From Trichlorobacter lovleyi SZ (lineage in GTDB: Bacteria > Desulfobacterota > Desulfuromonadia > Geobacterales > Pseudopelobacteraceae), in NCBI RefSeq assembly GCF_000020385.1, contig NC_010814.1, forward strand, positions 2,460,001 through 2,492,000: a stretch of DNA of 32,000 bases, in the 5' to 3' direction. The notes under the pieces were generated by a model. It saw only the letters and a program-made list of their open reading frames with translations, searched no databases and was not told the DNA's origin. The position numbers were made by a program, and so were the translations under genes. Each line of letters begins with the position of its first letter. Position 1 is the first letter of the stretch. This document shows, piece by piece, positions 8,567 through 17,866 of the stretch.

Positions 8567-9258
8567 GCAATATTCTTGAGGCACTGCGCAAGGCACAAGA
8601 CGAAAAGGGCAGGGCGGCTGATCAGACAATCACAGGGCGCGAATCACTGATTGCACACCGGACAACCCGCAGCTGGACCGACACGAACAAACGGGTCATC
8701 TGGCTGGGTGTTTCCGGCGCTGTGCTGCTTGCGGTAGTGGGCTGGCTGCTCTACGGCCCGTCAAAACCTGCTTCAGAGCCCAAAGTAGCCCTGACTGCAG
8801 CAGCACCTGTCAAAATGCCTGCTGAGCCGACCCTGCCGCCACAGCAAGCACCGCCGCCACCTCAACCCGCCCCTGCGGCGGTTGCAGTCCCGTCTCCTGC
8901 CGTTCAGGCACCTGCGGCGGCACCCGCACCGCCACAGACCAATGATGATGAGGAAAGTTCGCCGCGCCGGAAAAACCGCCCCGTACCAAACCGCGCTGTC
9001 GCGGTTCCCGCAGCTGCTCCCAGCCAGGCAGCGCAGCCGCCTCACAGCGCGGAAACCATCATTTCCGGTGTCCCGGAAGGGGTAAAACTGACTGGCATAG
9101 CTTGGCAGGACAGCCGTAAAATGCGCAGGGCGGTGATCAATGATGTGCTGGTTGGAGAAGGGGCTGTTGTTGCAGGGGCAAAGGTGCTTGAGATCAGACC
9201 AGGGCTGGTACGGTTTGAAAAAAACGGGGCACTATTTGAGGCGGCATTACCACGCTAG
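8563..9258 (+). CDS. gspB: GspB/ExeB-like protein (type II secretion protein B family)
   Basis: ATGA overlap with gspA. N-terminus is MSNILEALRKA. Has one TM (VIWLGVSGAVLLAVVGWLLYG), a Pro/Ala-rich linker and a conserved C-terminal domain (GIAWQDSRKMRRAVINDVLVGEGAVV...LEIRPGLVRFE). Confidence 0.7.
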   Translation: MSNILEALRKAQDEKGRAADQTITGRESLIAHRTTRSWTDTNKRVIWLGVSGAVLLAVVGWLLYGPSKPASEPKVALTAAAPVKMPAEPTLPPQQAPPPPQPAPAAVAVPSPAVQAPAAAPAPPQTNDDEESSPRRKNRPVPNRAVAVPAAAPSQAAQPPHSAETIISGVPEGVKLTGIAWQDSRKMRRAVINDVLVGEGAVVAGAKVLEIRPGLVRFEKNGALFEAALPR

Positions 9259-9283
9259 CAGCCCAGGCCGGTATAGCGGTTCG

Positions 9284-9829
9284 CTAGCCGGCATCAAACT
9301 CCCGCTGCCAGGCTTCAAAAATAGCAACCTTGTCGTCACCAAATTTTGCAAGATTTTTTCTGATCTTTTCCACTGACTTTTCTTTTTCAAGCCGATCCGG
9401 ATTCTTTGAAAAAAACAGGTCAGCATAACAGATGATCCGCTCTGCCAGAGTTTCCGGGGTCATATCCCGCTGCGGCAGCGGCAGATTCTGGCTGGTTATA
9501 TCGTTAATCGTAAGCCCCACCCCGGTATGTCGTTCACAGATCAGGGCATGCAGCGGCAACCCCTCTGCATCAAGCAGCTCTCTACCCAACACGCCGTGGC
9601 GAATATACGGTTCCGCACCATGGCAGGCAATATCCGGTGCATTCACCTTGCAGACACCGATATCATGCAGATAGGCAGCCTCTATGACCAGTCGGCGTGT
9701 TTCTGAGTCCGCATTAACTACAGCACAGGCAGAAAGTGCTTTACCAGCCACCATCCTGCCATGGATCATCAGGATCTCCACTGTTTTGGGACTGCAATAG
9801 CGTTTCAACAACTCTTCAACCGCTAACAT
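9284..9829 (-). CDS. HD-domain phosphohydrolase
   Basis: 181 aa with an HD signature (AYLHDIGV) plus downstream His/Asp residues (ICERHTG, CYADLFFS). Confidence 0.7.
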   Translation of the reverse strand: MLAVEELLKRYCSPKTVEILMIHGRMVAGKALSACAVVNADSETRRLVIEAAYLHDIGVCKVNAPDIACHGAEPYIRHGVLGRELLDAEGLPLHALICERHTGVGLTINDITSQNLPLPQRDMTPETLAERIICYADLFFSKNPDRLEKEKSVEKIRKNLAKFGDDKVAIFEAWQREFDAG

Positions 9830-9832
9830 GGG

Positions 9833-11371
9833 CTACCCCTTTCCAAAGAAATCCCGTAGACGCTTCAGGTAATCAACCGGGCTACGCTCACCTACGCCCG
9901 ACTCAACCTGCCGTTCCTGCTGTTCTTGGTTGCTGGCTGTGTGCCGTGTTAACGCTTCACCCAACCGCTCCATCAGTTTATCGTTACTATCCATCAGCTC
10001 AGCTATGGCTGTCTTGGAAAGTTCAGCCAGAATTACCTCGGTGAGAGCCCGCACCGTTGCCTTACGAGGCTCACCAGTCAAGAGTGACATCTCACCGAAC
10101 ATCCTGCCCTGCCCCAGACGTGCAACTTCGATTCCGTCAACCTCAACCGTCATCTCGCCACGCAGCACAAAGAACAGAGAACTGCCTGCATCCCCCTGCC
10201 TGACCGCAGCCTCACCAGGCGCAAAGGTACGCATCGCTGCACTATCCGCAAAATGGGCTACTTCATCAGCAGTCAGTACATCAAACAGATGGGATTGACG
10301 CACACCTGTCAGAATCTGATCCCGCTGATTGGGAAATGATTCTTTAAGGGGAGCAGTAACCAGTTGACGATGGGGAAAGGGAAAGCTCCAACCGGCACGG
10401 TGGACCGCATACCAGGCCTTGATCTGGAGTTCAGACAGAGCCAGATTACGCTGTCCCGGATCTGCCAGCCAGAATTTAAGCAGATAAACAATACTGCTGT
10501 CATTCATACTCTGGAGCCGGACTGCTGGTTCCGGCTCATCAAGCACAAGTGTATCTTCATGTAAAACCTGCAACAGTAGTTCCTTAGCCTGTTCAGGAGG
10601 CAGTTCATAGGGCAGCCCAATGGTCAGGGTCAGTGCAGCCCGTTCCCGGGCAGCCTCCTGAGGAGAACCGTGTGTGGTGACCACGCTCTGGACCACCACG
10701 GTATTGGGCACCAGCACCAGATTGTTATCCAGGGTACGCAGGGTGATGTAGCGGAAGCCGACATTGACGATCTCACCAAACAGGTTCTTTTCAGGAATGG
10801 ATATCCAACTTCCCCGTGCCATTAAGGAGTCAATCTGGACTGTAAAACCGTAAAAAGCATTGGAAAGTGTGGTCTGCATGGCAAAGGCGATGGCAGCAGT
10901 CAACACCGTGGTGGTGGTGATAACCGCAGACAGATCCACCTGAAACACCAGCCGCAGCGATGCAATTCCTGCCGCCAGATAGACTGCCAGACGGATAGCA
11001 TCCCTCAGCAGCATCGGCACATCACCATGCCGCCGGAGGCTGAGAACCATATCCACCAGCACGTAAATCAACAGTTTGGCCAGACAGATCAGTACGATCA
11101 CACTCTGAATACGAGCCAGAATCTGGCGATAGTTGGGATACCCGGTCAGAGTGGCCTCAAAATAGAGCAGCACCAGTCCCATCAGAGAGAGCTTAAGCGC
11201 GGTTGGGGCCAGAGAGGAAAGCGGCCTGCCCTGTACCCGACGCACCACCGTGACCGTAGTAAAGAACAGGATCACCACCAGCAGCACGACCAGCTTGTTG
11301 ACCAGAATAAAATTCAGATCCACCAGTGAAAGCATCCCCTGATTAAGCTGTTGTGCTGCTGACGTTGCCAT
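9833..11371 (-). CDS. MscS-family mechanosensitive channel fused to a C-terminal cyclic-nucleotide-binding domain
   Basis: 512 aa with multiple N-terminal TM helices. MscS beta-domain motifs are GEIVNVGFRYITLRTLDNNLVLVPNTVV. The C-terminal cNMP motif is FGEMSLLTGEPRKATVRA. Confidence 0.8.
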   Translation of the reverse strand: MATSAAQQLNQGMLSLVDLNFILVNKLVVLLVVILFFTTVTVVRRVQGRPLSSLAPTALKLSLMGLVLLYFEATLTGYPNYRQILARIQSVIVLICLAKLLIYVLVDMVLSLRRHGDVPMLLRDAIRLAVYLAAGIASLRLVFQVDLSAVITTTTVLTAAIAFAMQTTLSNAFYGFTVQIDSLMARGSWISIPEKNLFGEIVNVGFRYITLRTLDNNLVLVPNTVVVQSVVTTHGSPQEAARERAALTLTIGLPYELPPEQAKELLLQVLHEDTLVLDEPEPAVRLQSMNDSSIVYLLKFWLADPGQRNLALSELQIKAWYAVHRAGWSFPFPHRQLVTAPLKESFPNQRDQILTGVRQSHLFDVLTADEVAHFADSAAMRTFAPGEAAVRQGDAGSSLFFVLRGEMTVEVDGIEVARLGQGRMFGEMSLLTGEPRKATVRALTEVILAELSKTAIAELMDSNDKLMERLGEALTRHTASNQEQQERQVESGVGERSPVDYLKRLRDFFGKG

Positions 11372-11372
11372 A

Positions 11373-12287
11373 CTACCCCTCCAGTGCGCCGATCAGACTG
11401 CTAATGTCGGCAATGCCCCGCTCAGCCAGCCACTGTTCCATCCCTTCAGCAATCTCCTGAGCTGCAGCAGGGTTCACAAAGCTGGCAGTACCCACCTGCA
11501 CTGCGGTTGCACCGGCCAGAATGAACTCAAGGGCATCGGTTGCCGACATGATTCCACCGATACCGATCACCGGCACCTTGACCGCCCTAGCCACCTGCCA
11601 GACCATTCGCAGGGCAACCGGTTTGATGGCTGGACCGGACAGACCACCGGTTACATTGGCCAGCACCGGTCTGCGACGTTCCAGATCAATTGCCATACCG
11701 GTCAGGGTATTAATTACCGACAGGGCATCGGCCCCGGCCCCTTCACAGGCCTGGGCCATTTCTACAATATCGGTCACATTGGGAGAGAGCTTGACAATCA
11801 GGGTCTTTTGCGTGGCAGCGCGACAGGCCGCAACCACACTGGCAGCGCAGCCCGGATCAGTGCCGAACACGATCCCGCCCTGTTTGACATTGGGGCATGA
11901 GATATTTACCTCAAGGGCAGCAACCTCGGGAATCGCATCCAGACGGCTAGCCAGTTCGGCATACTCATCCGGGGTATATCCAAAAAAGTTGGCAATGGCT
12001 GGCGTATTCACGGAACGCAGGAACGGCACCTTTTTCTGGATAAAGGCATCAATCCCCACGTTCTGCAGACCGATGGCGTTCAACATACCGCCCGGAGTCT
12101 CCACAATCCGCGGGGTCGGGTTACCGGCGCGGGGCTTGAGGGACAGTCCCTTGGTAACAAAGGCACCGATCTTTTCCAGATCAACATACTGACTGAACTC
12201 CTCACCATAGCCAAAAGTGCCGGAGGCGGTCATGACCGGGTTACGCAGCTTGAGGCTGCCGATCTCAACAGACATGGCAGGTTTCAT
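11373..12287 (-). CDS. pyrD: Dihydroorotate dehydrogenase (class 1B) catalytic subunit
   Basis: 304 aa. Motifs: [44 protein letters not shown]. Directly followed by pyrK. Confidence 0.9.
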   Translation of the reverse strand: MKPAMSVEIGSLKLRNPVMTASGTFGYGEEFSQYVDLEKIGAFVTKGLSLKPRAGNPTPRIVETPGGMLNAIGLQNVGIDAFIQKKVPFLRSVNTPAIANFFGYTPDEYAELASRLDAIPEVAALEVNISCPNVKQGGIVFGTDPGCAASVVAACRAATQKTLIVKLSPNVTDIVEMAQACEGAGADALSVINTLTGMAIDLERRRPVLANVTGGLSGPAIKPVALRMVWQVARAVKVPVIGIGGIMSATDALEFILAGATAVQVGTASFVNPAAAQEIAEGMEQWLAERGIADISSLIGALEG

Positions 12288-12288
12288 A

Positions 12289-13116
12289 TCAGTTCCCCTC
12301 CCATTTCAGTTCAGCCGCCTCAAAGACCGGGCCTTCGGTACAGACGCAACGGTAGTCAGGATTTTCAGTGCTGTGTTCAGCCCCCTGACAGACACAGCCC
12401 AGACAGGCCCCCATACCGCAGGCCATATATCCTTCCAGCGAGACCTGGGTTTTTACACTCCGCTTTGCTCCAATAACTGCCACAGCCTTCAGCATGCCAT
12501 GGGGACCGCAGGCAAAGATCTGTCCCTTGTTGGCGGTTGCCTCCAGACGCTGCTCCAGCACCTTGGTAACCAGACCGCACTCACCCAGCGATCCATCCTC
12601 GGTTGCAGTGTAGCACTCCACCCCTAAGCGCTCAAACTCGGTGATACAGAGCACATCATCCTTGGTACGACCACCGGCAAACAGGCGCACCGGCGAATCC
12701 TTGACCAGCTCTTTTGCCAGCAGATAGAGCGGAGCCAGGCCAACACCACCACCAACGATCAACTTCTCCTCACCAGCCGGGCCGTTCTCAAAACCGGTGC
12801 CCAGTGGGCCGAGGATATCCAGAATATCATTATCATGCAGGGTGGACAGCATGCCGGTACCCTTGCCCACCACCCGGTACAGGATCTCCAGGTAAGGCTG
12901 AGGAGCCGCGCCGGTGTAGGCAGGCTGCAGTGTTCCCACATCAAACACGCCAAAGGGGCGCCGGATCAAGGGATCAATTGACGGATTAACCCGTACCATC
13001 ACAAACTGGCCCGGTCTGGCGGCAAGCATCTCTGCCGGTGCGGTCATCCGCATCCGCCAGTAACCGGGAGAAACCTCGGCATTATCCAGAATCATTGCCT
13101 TAAACTGCATCAACAT
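12289..13116 (-). CDS. pyrK: Dihydroorotate dehydrogenase electron-transfer subunit (FAD / 2Fe-2S)
   Basis: 275 aa. FAD-binding motif RPFGV, C-terminal Cys cluster [11 protein letters not shown]...CVCTEGPVF, and adjacency to pyrD. Confidence 0.85.
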   Translation of the reverse strand: MLMQFKAMILDNAEVSPGYWRMRMTAPAEMLAARPGQFVMVRVNPSIDPLIRRPFGVFDVGTLQPAYTGAAPQPYLEILYRVVGKGTGMLSTLHDNDILDILGPLGTGFENGPAGEEKLIVGGGVGLAPLYLLAKELVKDSPVRLFAGGRTKDDVLCITEFERLGVECYTATEDGSLGECGLVTKVLEQRLEATANKGQIFACGPHGMLKAVAVIGAKRSVKTQVSLEGYMACGMGACLGCVCQGAEHSTENPDYRCVCTEGPVFEAAELKWEGN

Positions 13117-13558
13117 CCTCCTCCATCAGCTTTTTATCCATCAAAATAGCATCAATGTTATCTTCATAATAAGCCTTACGCAGGCCGGAACGCTGAAATC
13201 CGAACCGCTCATACAGTGCAATGGCCGGTTGGCTGGTGGCCCGTACCTCAAGCAGCAGCAGACGGGCACCACGCTGGATCGCCTCTTCACAGGCCCACTG
13301 CACCAGCTGCGCGCCGATCCCCCTGCCCTGCAGGGCCGGATCAACCGCCACGTCCAGAATCTCCGCCTCATCTAGCAAAACGGTCAGGCAGAGGTAGCCT
13401 GCCACCCGGCCATCCTGTTCCGTCACCACACAGCTCGCCCGCTCAGAAGCCAGTTCTGCCTGAAAATGGCTGCGGTTCCAGCCTCTGGGAAAACAGGCCT
13501 GTTCAATGGCCAGGACCTGATCCAGATCAGCTTCATACATGGGGCGTATACAGGACAT
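13100..13558 (-). CDS. rimI: Ribosomal-protein-alanine N-acetyltransferase (GNAT)
   Basis: 152 aa. GNAT motif A is QGRGIGAQLV. The N-terminus is RimI-like (YEADLDQVLAIEQACFPRGW). Overlaps the pyrK start by 17 nt. Confidence 0.75.
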   Translation of the reverse strand: MSCIRPMYEADLDQVLAIEQACFPRGWNRSHFQAELASERASCVVTEQDGRVAGYLCLTVLLDEAEILDVAVDPALQGRGIGAQLVQWACEEAIQRGARLLLLEVRATSQPAIALYERFGFQRSGLRKAYYEDNIDAILMDKKLMEEDVDAV

Positions 13559-13595
13559 AATCTGAGAAGAATAGCGTTATTGACGCTTGGAGGCA

Positions 13596-13640
13596 AACAA
13601 AAAAGGCACCTGCGCAAGTAACGCAAGTGCCTGTTTTTGT
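13596..13640 (-). terminator. Bidirectional hairpin terminator downstream of tRNA-Gln
   Basis: GGCACCTGCG (13605-13614) pairs with CGCAAGTGCC (13622-13631) with one mismatch. Flanked by an A-run on the + strand (T-run on the - strand) and by TGTTTTTGT. Confidence 0.55.
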
Positions 13641-13642
13641 TA

Positions 13643-13717
13643 TGGCAGGGGTGCCAGGATTCGAACCTAGGAATGCCGGAATCAAAATCCGGTGCCTTAC
13701 CGCTTGGCGACACCCCT
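13643..13717 (-). tRNA. tRNA-Gln (anticodon UUG)
   Basis: Reverse complement reads AGGGGTGTCGCCAAGCGGTAAGGCACCGGATTTTGATTCCGGCATTCCTAGGTTCGAATCCTGGCACCCCTGCCA. Acceptor stem is AGGGGTG/CACCCCT, anticodon stem CCGGA/TCCGG, loop TTTTGAT, T-loop TTCGAAT, with encoded CCA. Confidence 0.9.
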
Positions 13718-13757
13718 AAAAAAGAGAAAAGTTAAATAACAAATTATCTGCTATGAG

Positions 13758-14312
13758 TCAAGACTTTCGTGCAGAAAAAACTGCAGCCGCCCCTGCCTCA
13801 ATCGCCTTAACGTTGGCAGGAATCAGTCTATGGTTGCGTTCCGGCAGGGCATCCTTCAGCGCTTCCTGGAGCGATTCCAGCGTAAGCGCACCGGTTGCCG
13901 TGGCATAGGCACCGCAGGCCACCATGTTGACCATCCGTACATCACCCAGCTCAATGGCAATCCGGTTCATCGGCACGGCAAGCAGCTCCCGCCCTTCAAG
14001 GACAACTCCGGCAAGTTCAACCAAAGAGCTGTTAACCAGACAGATTCCGCCCTGCTTGACCTTTGCGGCATATTTATCAAAGGAGAGCTGGTTCAGTATC
14101 ACAGAGACCGAAGGTTCGCCAACCACCGGTGAACCGGTCTCACCATCGGCAAACACCACGGTACACATGGCTGCCCCGCCCCGTTTCTCCACACCATAGG
14201 CTGGAAAAAAAGAGACGTTTTTGCCTTCACGAATGGCTGCATAGGAAAGCAGGTTACCGGCCAGCAGCACCCCCTGGCCACCATATCCTGCAAAAAAGAG
14301 ATCATAACGCAT
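13758..14312 (-). CDS. 2-oxoacid:ferredoxin oxidoreductase gamma subunit
   Basis: 184 aa with N-terminus FFAGYGGQGVLLAGNLL, typical of the gamma subunit. Last gene of a delta-alpha-beta-gamma operon. Substrate (2-oxoglutarate, pyruvate or 2-ketoisovalerate) cannot be assigned from sequence alone. Confidence 0.85.
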   Translation of the reverse strand: MRYDLFFAGYGGQGVLLAGNLLSYAAIREGKNVSFFPAYGVEKRGGAAMCTVVFADGETGSPVVGEPSVSVILNQLSFDKYAAKVKQGGICLVNSSLVELAGVVLEGRELLAVPMNRIAIELGDVRMVNMVACGAYATATGALTLESLQEALKDALPERNHRLIPANVKAIEAGAAAVFSARKS

Positions 14313-14327
14313 AAAAATTTACTCCAG

Positions 14328-15071
14328 TTACAGGTTTTCGTTGTTTTTAAAGACACCCAGCGGGAAGTAGGGAATCATTTCACTGCCCACCCGCTCATTG
14401 GCTGCCAGCGGATTCATACCCCAGTTGGTGGGGCAGGCTGCCAGCGCCTCAATAAAGGCAAAGCCCTTGCCTTCCACCTGATACTGGAAGGCGTTTTTGA
14501 TGATCTTCTTGGCCTGCAGTACATTTTTAGGACTGTTCAGGGCCACCCGGGCCGAGTAGGCCACGCCATCCAGGTTGGAAAGCAGCTCTGCCATCTTGAA
14601 CGGCTTGCCGTCATTGGCCACATCCCTGCCATTGGGTGAGGTTGAGGTCTTCTGGCCCGGCATGGTGGTAGGGGCCATCTGGCCGCCGGTCATGCCGTAG
14701 GTGGTGTTGTTGACAAAGATCACCGTGATCTTCTCGCCACGGTTGGCAGCATGGATAATCTCGGAGGTACCGATGGCAGCCAGGTCACCATCTCCCTGGT
14801 AGGTAAACACGATCCGGTCAGGCCGGGCCCGCTTGACACCGGTGGCAACTGCCGGAGCGCGACCATGGGGAGATTCCACCACATCAATATTAAAATAGCC
14901 GTACAGGAACACCGAGCAGCCCACCGAGGCGCAGCCAATGGTCTTATCGACAATACCAAAACTGTCCATCGCCTCAGCAACCAGACGGTGGATTGAACCA
15001 TGGTGACAGCCGGGGCAGAAATGGGTCTGAACATCTTTTAAACTAACCGGTTTGGAAAATACCTGCTTCAT
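14328..15071 (-). CDS. 2-oxoacid:ferredoxin oxidoreductase beta subunit (TPP-binding)
   Basis: 247 aa. Motifs: CPGCHHG, and TPP motif GDGDLAAIG...[11 protein letters not shown]. Confidence 0.85.
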   Translation of the reverse strand: MKQVFSKPVSLKDVQTHFCPGCHHGSIHRLVAEAMDSFGIVDKTIGCASVGCSVFLYGYFNIDVVESPHGRAPAVATGVKRARPDRIVFTYQGDGDLAAIGTSEIIHAANRGEKITVIFVNNTTYGMTGGQMAPTTMPGQKTSTSPNGRDVANDGKPFKMAELLSNLDGVAYSARVALNSPKNVLQAKKIIKNAFQYQVEGKGFAFIEALAACPTNWGMNPLAANERVGSEMIPYFPLGVFKNNENL

Positions 15072-15083
15072 AGCGGTGCGTCC

Positions 15084-16145
15084 TTAACAGAATTTCTTGA
15101 TCTGGGTAAACAGCTCTTCCGGAGTGGGCAACGAGCCTGCCCCTGGCGGGCGGCCATAGAACTCCACCTCAGCATCCCGTGCAACAGCCAAACGAACATC
15201 ATCCACCATCTGGCCGGTGGAGAGTTCAATGGTCAGCCAACGCTTACAACGGGTCGAGAGATCGGCATAGGCCTTTTTCGGAAACGGGAACAGGGTGATC
15301 GGCCGCATCAGACCGACCTTGACCCCTTCTGCACGGGCCATTTCAACTGCAGTACGGGCAATACGGGAGGTGCAGCCAAAGGCGGTTACGATCAGCTCTG
15401 CATCATCAGTTGCAAATGTTTCCCAGCGGGCCTCTTTGTCAGCCAGTTCCTGATAACGGGCATGCATCTTCCAGTGGAATTTCTCCATCTCGCCATCACC
15501 CAGATAGAGCGACTTGACCACATGCTGCTGACCACCGCCGGTGCCGCGCACTGCCCAGTCCTTGGCTGGCAGATCAACTTTAGGACGGGGATTGGGAACA
15601 ATCGATTCCTTCATCTGTCCCAGTACCGAATCAGCCAGCACCATGGCCGGCATCCGGTATTGGTCAGAAAGATCAAAGGCCAGCATGGTCAGGTCATACA
15701 TCTCCTGGCCAGAGTTGGGGGCCAGCACAATAATCCGGTAGCCGCCATGCCCGCCCCCTTTGGTGGCCTGATGGTAGTCTGCCTGGGAGGCATCAATACC
15801 GCCCAGCCCCGGGCCGGAGCGCATGATATCAACAATCACGCCGGGCAGCTCGGAACCGGCCATGTAGGAGATCCCTTCCTGCTTGAGTGAGATGCCGGGG
15901 CCGGAGGATGAGGTCATGGCCCGCACGCCGCAGGCTGAAGCGCCCAGTACCATGTTAATGGCGCCAATCTCGCTCTCCACCTGAATAAAGGTGCCACCTG
16001 TTTTAGGAAGTTCACGGGAAAGGTATTCCGGGATATCGCTCTGGGGGGTGATCGGGTAACCAAAATAACATTGCACCCCGGCCTCAATGGCAGCCATGGC
16101 AACCGCTTCATTGCCTTTGACAAATTTTCGTTTCAGCGCACTCAT
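15084..16145 (-). CDS. 2-oxoacid:ferredoxin oxidoreductase alpha subunit
   Basis: 353 aa. Motifs: GNEAVAMAAIEAGVQCYFGYPITPQS, and TSSSGPGISLKQEGISY. Confidence 0.85.
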   Translation of the reverse strand: MSALKRKFVKGNEAVAMAAIEAGVQCYFGYPITPQSDIPEYLSRELPKTGGTFIQVESEIGAINMVLGASACGVRAMTSSSGPGISLKQEGISYMAGSELPGVIVDIMRSGPGLGGIDASQADYHQATKGGGHGGYRIIVLAPNSGQEMYDLTMLAFDLSDQYRMPAMVLADSVLGQMKESIVPNPRPKVDLPAKDWAVRGTGGGQQHVVKSLYLGDGEMEKFHWKMHARYQELADKEARWETFATDDAELIVTAFGCTSRIARTAVEMARAEGVKVGLMRPITLFPFPKKAYADLSTRCKRWLTIELSTGQMVDDVRLAVARDAEVEFYGRPPGAGSLPTPEELFTQIKKFC

Positions 16146-16364
16146 CTAGTTATCTTCCTTAAACACAGTAATGGCAACATCCGGACACATCTCGGCGCAG
16201 AGACTGCAACCGGTGCAGTTTTCAGGATTATTGAATACTGCCAGGGTATACCCCAAGGCATTGGGCTGGCTGCTTAAACTCACCAGTTTTTTGGGGCAGG
16301 CGATGGTGCACAAGCCGCACCCTTTACAACGATCTTCTTCAATTACGATATACGGCATATTCAA
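16146..16364 (-). CDS. 2-oxoacid:ferredoxin oxidoreductase delta subunit (2x[4Fe-4S] ferredoxin)
   Basis: 72 aa with two CxxCxxCxxxCP motifs (CKGCGLCTIACP and CTGCSLCAEMCP). Abuts the alpha subunit start. GAGGTG lies upstream of ATG 16364. Confidence 0.85.
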   Translation of the reverse strand: MNMPYIVIEEDRCKGCGLCTIACPKKLVSLSSQPNALGYTLAVFNNPENCTGCSLCAEMCPDVAITVFKEDN

Positions 16365-16400
16365 TCACCTCAGACAAAGTCAGCGAACAACGTTTTTAAC

Positions 16401-16439
16401 AGGCTGTTGAAATTGAAGTAGTAAAAACAGCCTTTTTTT
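16401..16439 (+). terminator. Inward-facing rho-independent terminator within the IS left end
   Basis: AGGCTGTT (16401-16408) pairs with AACAGCCT (16426-16433). Loop is 17 nt, followed by T7. It would block read-through into the transposase gene and has no T-run in the opposite direction. Confidence 0.5.
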
Positions 16440-16483
16440 AGTATATTTGTGCGCACAACACTCCGGTTTGATTGAGGAAAGTT

Positions 16484-17566
16484 ATGCGCGGAACTGATGT
16501 CCAGAATGAAGCTCTTTTTGCCTATGTGACGCCTGAGTCATTTGTACCCAAGGATCATCCCCTGCGTGCTATTCGCAGTATGGCTGATCAGGCACTTTCC
16601 GAGATGAGCCCGCTCTTTGACAGCATGTATGCCGATTCCGGTCGTTCTTCCATTGCCCCGGAGAAGCTGCTGAAAGCACAACTGCTGATGATACTGTTCA
16701 GCATCCGCAGTAACCGGCAACTGGTAGAGCAGATCCGCTACAACTTCCTGTACCGCTGGTTCCTTGGCATGGGACTGGATGATGAAATCTGGGATCACTC
16801 CAGCTTCACTAAGAACCATGAACGGTTAATTGGCTCTGATGTGGCCGCAGAGTTTCTATCCCGTATCCTTGCTCAGGCAGAGCGCAAGCGTCTCCTGTCC
16901 CGAGAGCACTTCACCGTTGACGGCACCTTGATTGAGGCATGGGCCTCCATCAAGAGCTTCAAGCCCAAAGACGGTCCGCCATCTGCCGGTGGTGGCAAAA
17001 ATAAATCAGTTGATTTCAAAGGCAAACAACTCAAAAACGACACTCATTCTTCCAGCACTGATCCAAACGCCAGACTGTACCGCAAGGGCAACACCAAAGA
17101 GGCCAAGCTCTGCTACCAGGGACACACCTTGATGGAGAATAGAAACGGTCTGATCGTCAAGACCAGCGTCACCACGGCAACCGGTACCGGAGAGCGTGAA
17201 GCCGCCAAGGCCATGATCAGACAATTGCCTCGTACTACCCGGCGTATCACCGTCGGTGCAGACAAAGGATACGACACCGAAGGCTTTGTCAAAGAGCTCA
17301 GGCAAATCAACGTCACGCCGCATGTGGCTCAGAACAACACCAGAAGGAAATCAGGCATTGATGGCAGAACCACCGCTCATCCGAATTACAGCATAAGCCA
17401 AAGGATCAGAAAACGGATCGAGGAAGGCTTTGGCTGGATGAAGACCATCGGCAGACTGAGAAAGACCATGTATCGAGGCATTGAGAAGATTGCCTGGCAG
17501 CTTGATCTCCATGCAGCGGCCTACAACCTGGTACGCATGAAAAACCTGGGGCTCGGTGTCACCTGA
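16484..17566 (+). CDS. IS5-family DDE transposase
   Basis: Tracked ORF starts at TTG 16472, but ATG 16484 follows GAGGAAA. The N-terminus RGTDVQNEALFAYVTPESFVPKDHPLRAIR matches the InsH-type N-terminal domain. The C-terminal DDE region contains VGADKGYD and a YRGIEK...AAAYNLVRM tail. Confidence 0.85.
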   Translation: MRGTDVQNEALFAYVTPESFVPKDHPLRAIRSMADQALSEMSPLFDSMYADSGRSSIAPEKLLKAQLLMILFSIRSNRQLVEQIRYNFLYRWFLGMGLDDEIWDHSSFTKNHERLIGSDVAAEFLSRILAQAERKRLLSREHFTVDGTLIEAWASIKSFKPKDGPPSAGGGKNKSVDFKGKQLKNDTHSSSTDPNARLYRKGNTKEAKLCYQGHTLMENRNGLIVKTSVTTATGTGEREAAKAMIRQLPRTTRRITVGADKGYDTEGFVKELRQINVTPHVAQNNTRRKSGIDGRTTAHPNYSISQRIRKRIEEGFGWMKTIGRLRKTMYRGIEKIAWQLDLHAAAYNLVRMKNLGLGVT

Positions 17567-17866
17567 GAGCGGCAAATCGGCCTTGGGGTGCATCAAGCAT
17601 AGGCAAATAAAGTTGAAAAAGAGCAACACAACCGAAAACAGCGACATCTGAACAGCGAAGCAAACTTAAAAAATCAGCCGGCTGACTGGAACGGACTCAA
17701 ATCGAGCCGATTTTCAACGACCTGTTAAGTACCAGAAGGATATTAGCGCGGTCAAACTTTTTTTCAGGCACACCACAGTTACAACAAAGAAACAGCTTGA
17801 TTTACCAATTGTATACTGTTAGAGGGAATCAGCAATTAAAATAAACACCTCAAATATGGAGGAAAC

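Larger units (their letters stand above)
16400..17724 (+). mobile_element. IS5-family insertion sequence (~1.3 kb) with imperfect terminal inverted repeats and a TTAA flank on each side
   Basis: Left end is CAGGCTGTTGAAA (16400-16412). The right end reverse complement is CAGGTCGTTGAAA (17712-17724), an 11/13 match. TTAA sits at 16396-16399 and 17725-17728, consistent with the 4-bp YTAR duplication of the IS5 group. Because TTAA is palindromic it could instead be part of the inverted repeat. One DDE transposase ORF lies inside. Confidence 0.8.

Noticed and set aside
16472-16483. TTG start for the transposase
   Set aside because: ATG 16484 lies at a proper distance from GAGGAAA and yields the family-typical N-terminus.
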